The notes under the pieces are model-generated. The model worked only from the letters and a program-made list of their open reading frames with translations. It had not been told where the DNA came from and searched no databases. The position numbers were made by a program, and so were the translations under genes. 64,000 bases of DNA from the human T2T-CHM13v2.0 reference genome, Homo sapiens: assembly GCF_009914755.1 (NCBI RefSeq), contig NC_060940.1, one strand, 5' to 3'. Positions 60,530 through 64,000 of this stretch are shown here, in pieces. Numbering within the stretch: position 1 is the first letter of the stretch; each line of letters begins with the position of its first letter.

Positions 60530-61694
60530 CTAAGCTGATTTCCTGGTGAGCTCTGGGAAATTCTTCCTGACTAATGGGTTGTTTCAGCATTGCAGTCTTG
60601 CTCTTTCTGTGGATCCAGATTCGGAAAAGATTGTGCCTTTTGGTGAAACTCCTGAATCTACAGGAGATAATCGAAAAGGCTGAAGGTCTGTGCAGATGGC
60701 TGGTGCTGCTGCTCAAGCAGAAAGAGAAACTTCTTTGTGGCTTGTGTCTGCTCCCAACACAGGAGAGACTTGGGGTGTCCAGTCAGCTGTGGTGCTCCTA
60801 CTTTGGATTCTCATTGAAGCTGAGGCTTCCTCTTTAAGGACACACCTGCCAGGCCAGCATGCTCATGGTCCTTGTCCTCCTGGCACATTCTTTGGTACAG
60901 AGGTTAAGATCCTGATGATGTGAGAGTGTGCCTCCTAGAGTTGGTCCTGTTGACACATGGCCCCTGAGTGCCACGGAGGTTTGGAGATCTCTTTTGTATG
61001 CAGGGCCTGGATGAGCTGGTGCATTGCCACCCTTGATGCCTGACTTGGGCAGCCCACAGAGGGATCCCAGGGACCATAAGATGTGTATGGTAGAGGAAGA
61101 ACTGGTACAACTGACCCTTTGCTGGTGAATGGATTGAAGGCAGGAAGAAGATAGGTTCTTCTTGGATAGATGTACAGGTGGCCTTGCTGCAGCTGAACAG
61201 TCAGGTGAAGCCTCTCACTTAGGCCTAGTGCTGGAGAATTTACAGGCCCACTTCTGCTCTAGCCTGCACGACTGATCCTTTGATCTGACACCAGATCTGA
61301 ATTCTGGACTCTGGAATGCCTGTCTGTTTTACCAGTTTCTCTTTGGTGGTGATGCTAGGAAAGCAATTTTTCTCAAAGGCTTGGATGTGGACACTAGTCT
61401 GGTATCTAATAATTGCTGCCCACTTTTTCCTGACTTCTTGGGAGAGGCATTCATGAGTCCAAAGCTGAGGTCAAAATCACTTCTGTCTTATCTGACATTA
61501 TCTCTCAAAGCAAATCTGGATTCTAGCCTCCAGAATGCCCATTTCTTGGGCCAGTTTTTCACTGGTAAATCTGCAAGGGTACAGGTTCCATTTAAACCAT
61601 GCTGGTTGGGTATCCTTTTGACTTGGCATAAAATACTTCTCCTTCATTATGATTCACTTGGGTGAAAGCCAACAGAAAGTCTGGAAAGATCCAC
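60530..61694 (-). pseudogene. Intronless double-homeobox (DUXB/DUXBL-like) retro-pseudogene with DUX4/DUXC-like C-terminal motifs
   Basis: HD1 (~61652-61480) S**RRSIL-PSQKDTQPAWFKWNLYPCRFTSEKLAQEMGILEARIQICFER; HD2 (~61434-61262) VRKKWAAIIRYQTSVHIQAFEKNCFPSITTKEKLVKQTGIPESRIQIWCQ. No intron at the IQ|IW position. C-terminus SLFDYLL*IQEFHQKAQSF...LKQPISQEEF. Multiple stops and frameshifts. Confidence 0.9.
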
Positions 61695-63149
61695 TGTGAA
61701 AAGATTTCATCTGGACTCCACAGACACCGCTGGCCAGCTCTCACTTGCACAGGATTTCCGCACACCGAGCCAGCCCCAGCCCTTGCTTCAATATTTTCCC
61801 ACTCCAGCTCATTAAACATTTTAGTTTTTTGTTATATATTTAAGACACTGAAGAAAGCATAGGAAACCAGCAAAAATTGAATTTTGCTGGAATTTAAGTT
61901 TGAGAGCAGCCCGCAAGAGGAACACATTGGGTGGGTAGACATGTTGTGCTTTTTAATTTTTTTCCTGTAAGATAGTCAACAATAATTAATTTGAACAAGA
62001 AAAAAATGGTTGTCATACATATATAAAAGTAAAGTCTAGAAAAATAAAAAGTTTTTGTTTTGACCTAATTCAGATTATATAAAAATAGAAATCACAGTAT
62101 TTGTTTTTACATATTTTGAAAATTAAATAACCTTGAAATGATAAAGTGCAGAAAATAATGTGAATAATAATGTTGAGTTTTCTAGTCCCTCTTCTGATCC
62201 TTCATCCTGGTAGCTTATATCCTGTTTTGCTGCATAATAAATAATTTTATTCTCACCTTTGGGAAATACCAAATTTGGAGTGTCTGTAGTGAGTTTATTT
62301 CTGGTTTTTATAGTTACACACCTGGAAGTTGGACAAACCCCACATTGATTTGACATCATTGTGATTAGTCAGTCGGTATGTAAAGGGAGCACCTACTTCT
62401 TAGTTTGGTTACTCCCTTGGATGGTTTCCTGTATTTAATTTTGCTACTGGGAAGTGTTTACATTTCCCTTTCAATTATTTTCGGAATTCAGATATTCTTG
62501 TAACTTCTTGAGGAGTTTTAGTGGTCTTACTTAAAGTTTTTACAATATATATTATTTTTTCCTCAGGGTACAAATGTGTGAAATATTTCACACAGATATT
62601 TTGTAATGGATAACAATATTTTATGAGAAATTGTAAAGTTCTTCACTTGGAACATTGCTCTCCCTCAGATATACCATATGCAGGTAATAATTTGAACAGA
62701 AAGATTATTTTTAATATATAACATTTTATTCTGTTTTTTTTTTTTTTTTTTTTGCAAATTTCTGAAAAGATAGCTATCATTGCAGTTAATAGTACCTATA
62801 CATAGTCAGAATTTCTGTTTTCATGGAACACTTTAAGCTAATAGAATGGAATTATTTACCTGAACTGAAGTTTCTTGGCTCCAATCACCAGGCTTCCTTT
62901 TAAGCATGTACCTGATTGTAAAAATAATCTCAATTTAGATTTATCACTTAACGCAGAAGTAAATTAGAAGGAACTGAAATAAAATTTGTATGTGGCTAGG
63001 TATTACTGATTAATCACACATTAATTCACAGTTGCTACTTTCATTTCACAAAGTCTAGAAAATATGACCTTCATGAATAGAAGATATGAGCTTTCATAAA
63101 GTTAATGACATTTTTTGGCCTAAAACATTACTATTTTAAATAACTTTTT

Positions 63150-63830
63150 CATAAGTTGAAAAGCAATGTGTGTCTCATGTTCACTAGTAAAGAATGTTGT
63201 TTATTTATTACTGTGCCTAATTAGTCACACTTTTAAATAGTTATTTTTCTTTATGCTCATTTATGTGTTATATACCAAAACATTTCATTTCTATGATGGT
63301 TTTAATGTCACCTAATAAGATTGTAAATATATCAATCGTTTTCTTGTCAATAAATACTGTGGTATATATTTTAATCTACCAGGTATTAAATCTGTATGTA
63401 CAAGCCTGGGCAACATAAGAGACAACCATCTCTATAAAACAATAAAAAATTAGGTGTAGAGGTGTGCACCTGTAGTTGCAGCTACTCAAAGGGCTAAGAA
63501 TCACTTCAGCACAGGAGGTTGAGGTGGCAGTGAGCACTGATTACACCACTGCACTCCAGCCTGCATGACAGAACAAGACCCTGTCTCTAAAAAAAATTTT
63601 TTTTGAATATGTGTAAGTGACTTAGAATAGTAACTAACACATTGTATTGACTAAATAACTACTTAGTACTTTGATTTATCAAATTATTATTGTTCATACC
63701 ATTCATTATTTATTATGTTGTTGAATATTCGTTCCTATTAAAATTTGTTATTCTCTCTTATCTAAATATTGATGAAAAACTGTGGGCTGTGTTGATTTAT
63801 CCGAAGCCAAATGGCATCCTTCACTAATTT
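63150..63830 (+). repeat. Third, more diverged copy of the AT-rich segment at 1-350 / 33530-34200, with its own Alu fragment (~63402-63595)
   Basis: 'gcctaattagtcacacttttaa' matches 33593; 'tcaaattatt...taccattc' matches 33837. Confidence 0.7.
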
Positions 63831-64000
63831 TCTTTCTATTTAATAACTCATTTGATTATGCAATAATATGATTATTATGTACAGGCAGTTATCATCATAT
63901 TCTTCATCTTCTGACAGAGGAAAATTTGAGTCATTCATTAATTAAACCAAAGCCTCAATCTCCTACATTTAACTTCCTGAATCTTGCATGTCAACTGCTT

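Overview
Primate (hominoid-type) genomic DNA, as shown by Alu, L1PA2/3 and HERV-K LTR5 elements. It is a segmental-duplication mosaic with no intact protein-coding gene that I can support. Decayed gene copies recognised by manual translation against remembered parent proteins: an FRG2-family pseudogene (7.4-9.0 kb) with two DUX4 consensus sites and a TATA box upstream; an unprocessed FGFR3 exon 3-7 copy (18.9-22.5 kb) plus two internally rearranged partial copies inside a ~4.3 kb inverted duplication; an AGGF1 fragment; a RARRES2 retrocopy with TSDs and a long 5' extension; a TP53TG3-like copy in a CpG island; and RGL4/RALGDS-like RasGEF exons. The most notable item is an intronless double-homeobox pseudogene (60.5-61.7 kb, minus strand, missed by the ORF track). 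It combines DUXB/DUXBL-type homeodomains and mid-region with a DUX4/DUXC-type acidic C-terminus. A full-length L1 carries an internal inversion plus an inverted duplication and lacks a TSD. This gene mix resembles pericentromeric duplicon clusters such as human 16p11 (inference). No alignments or database searches were run, so subfamily calls and identities are by eye.
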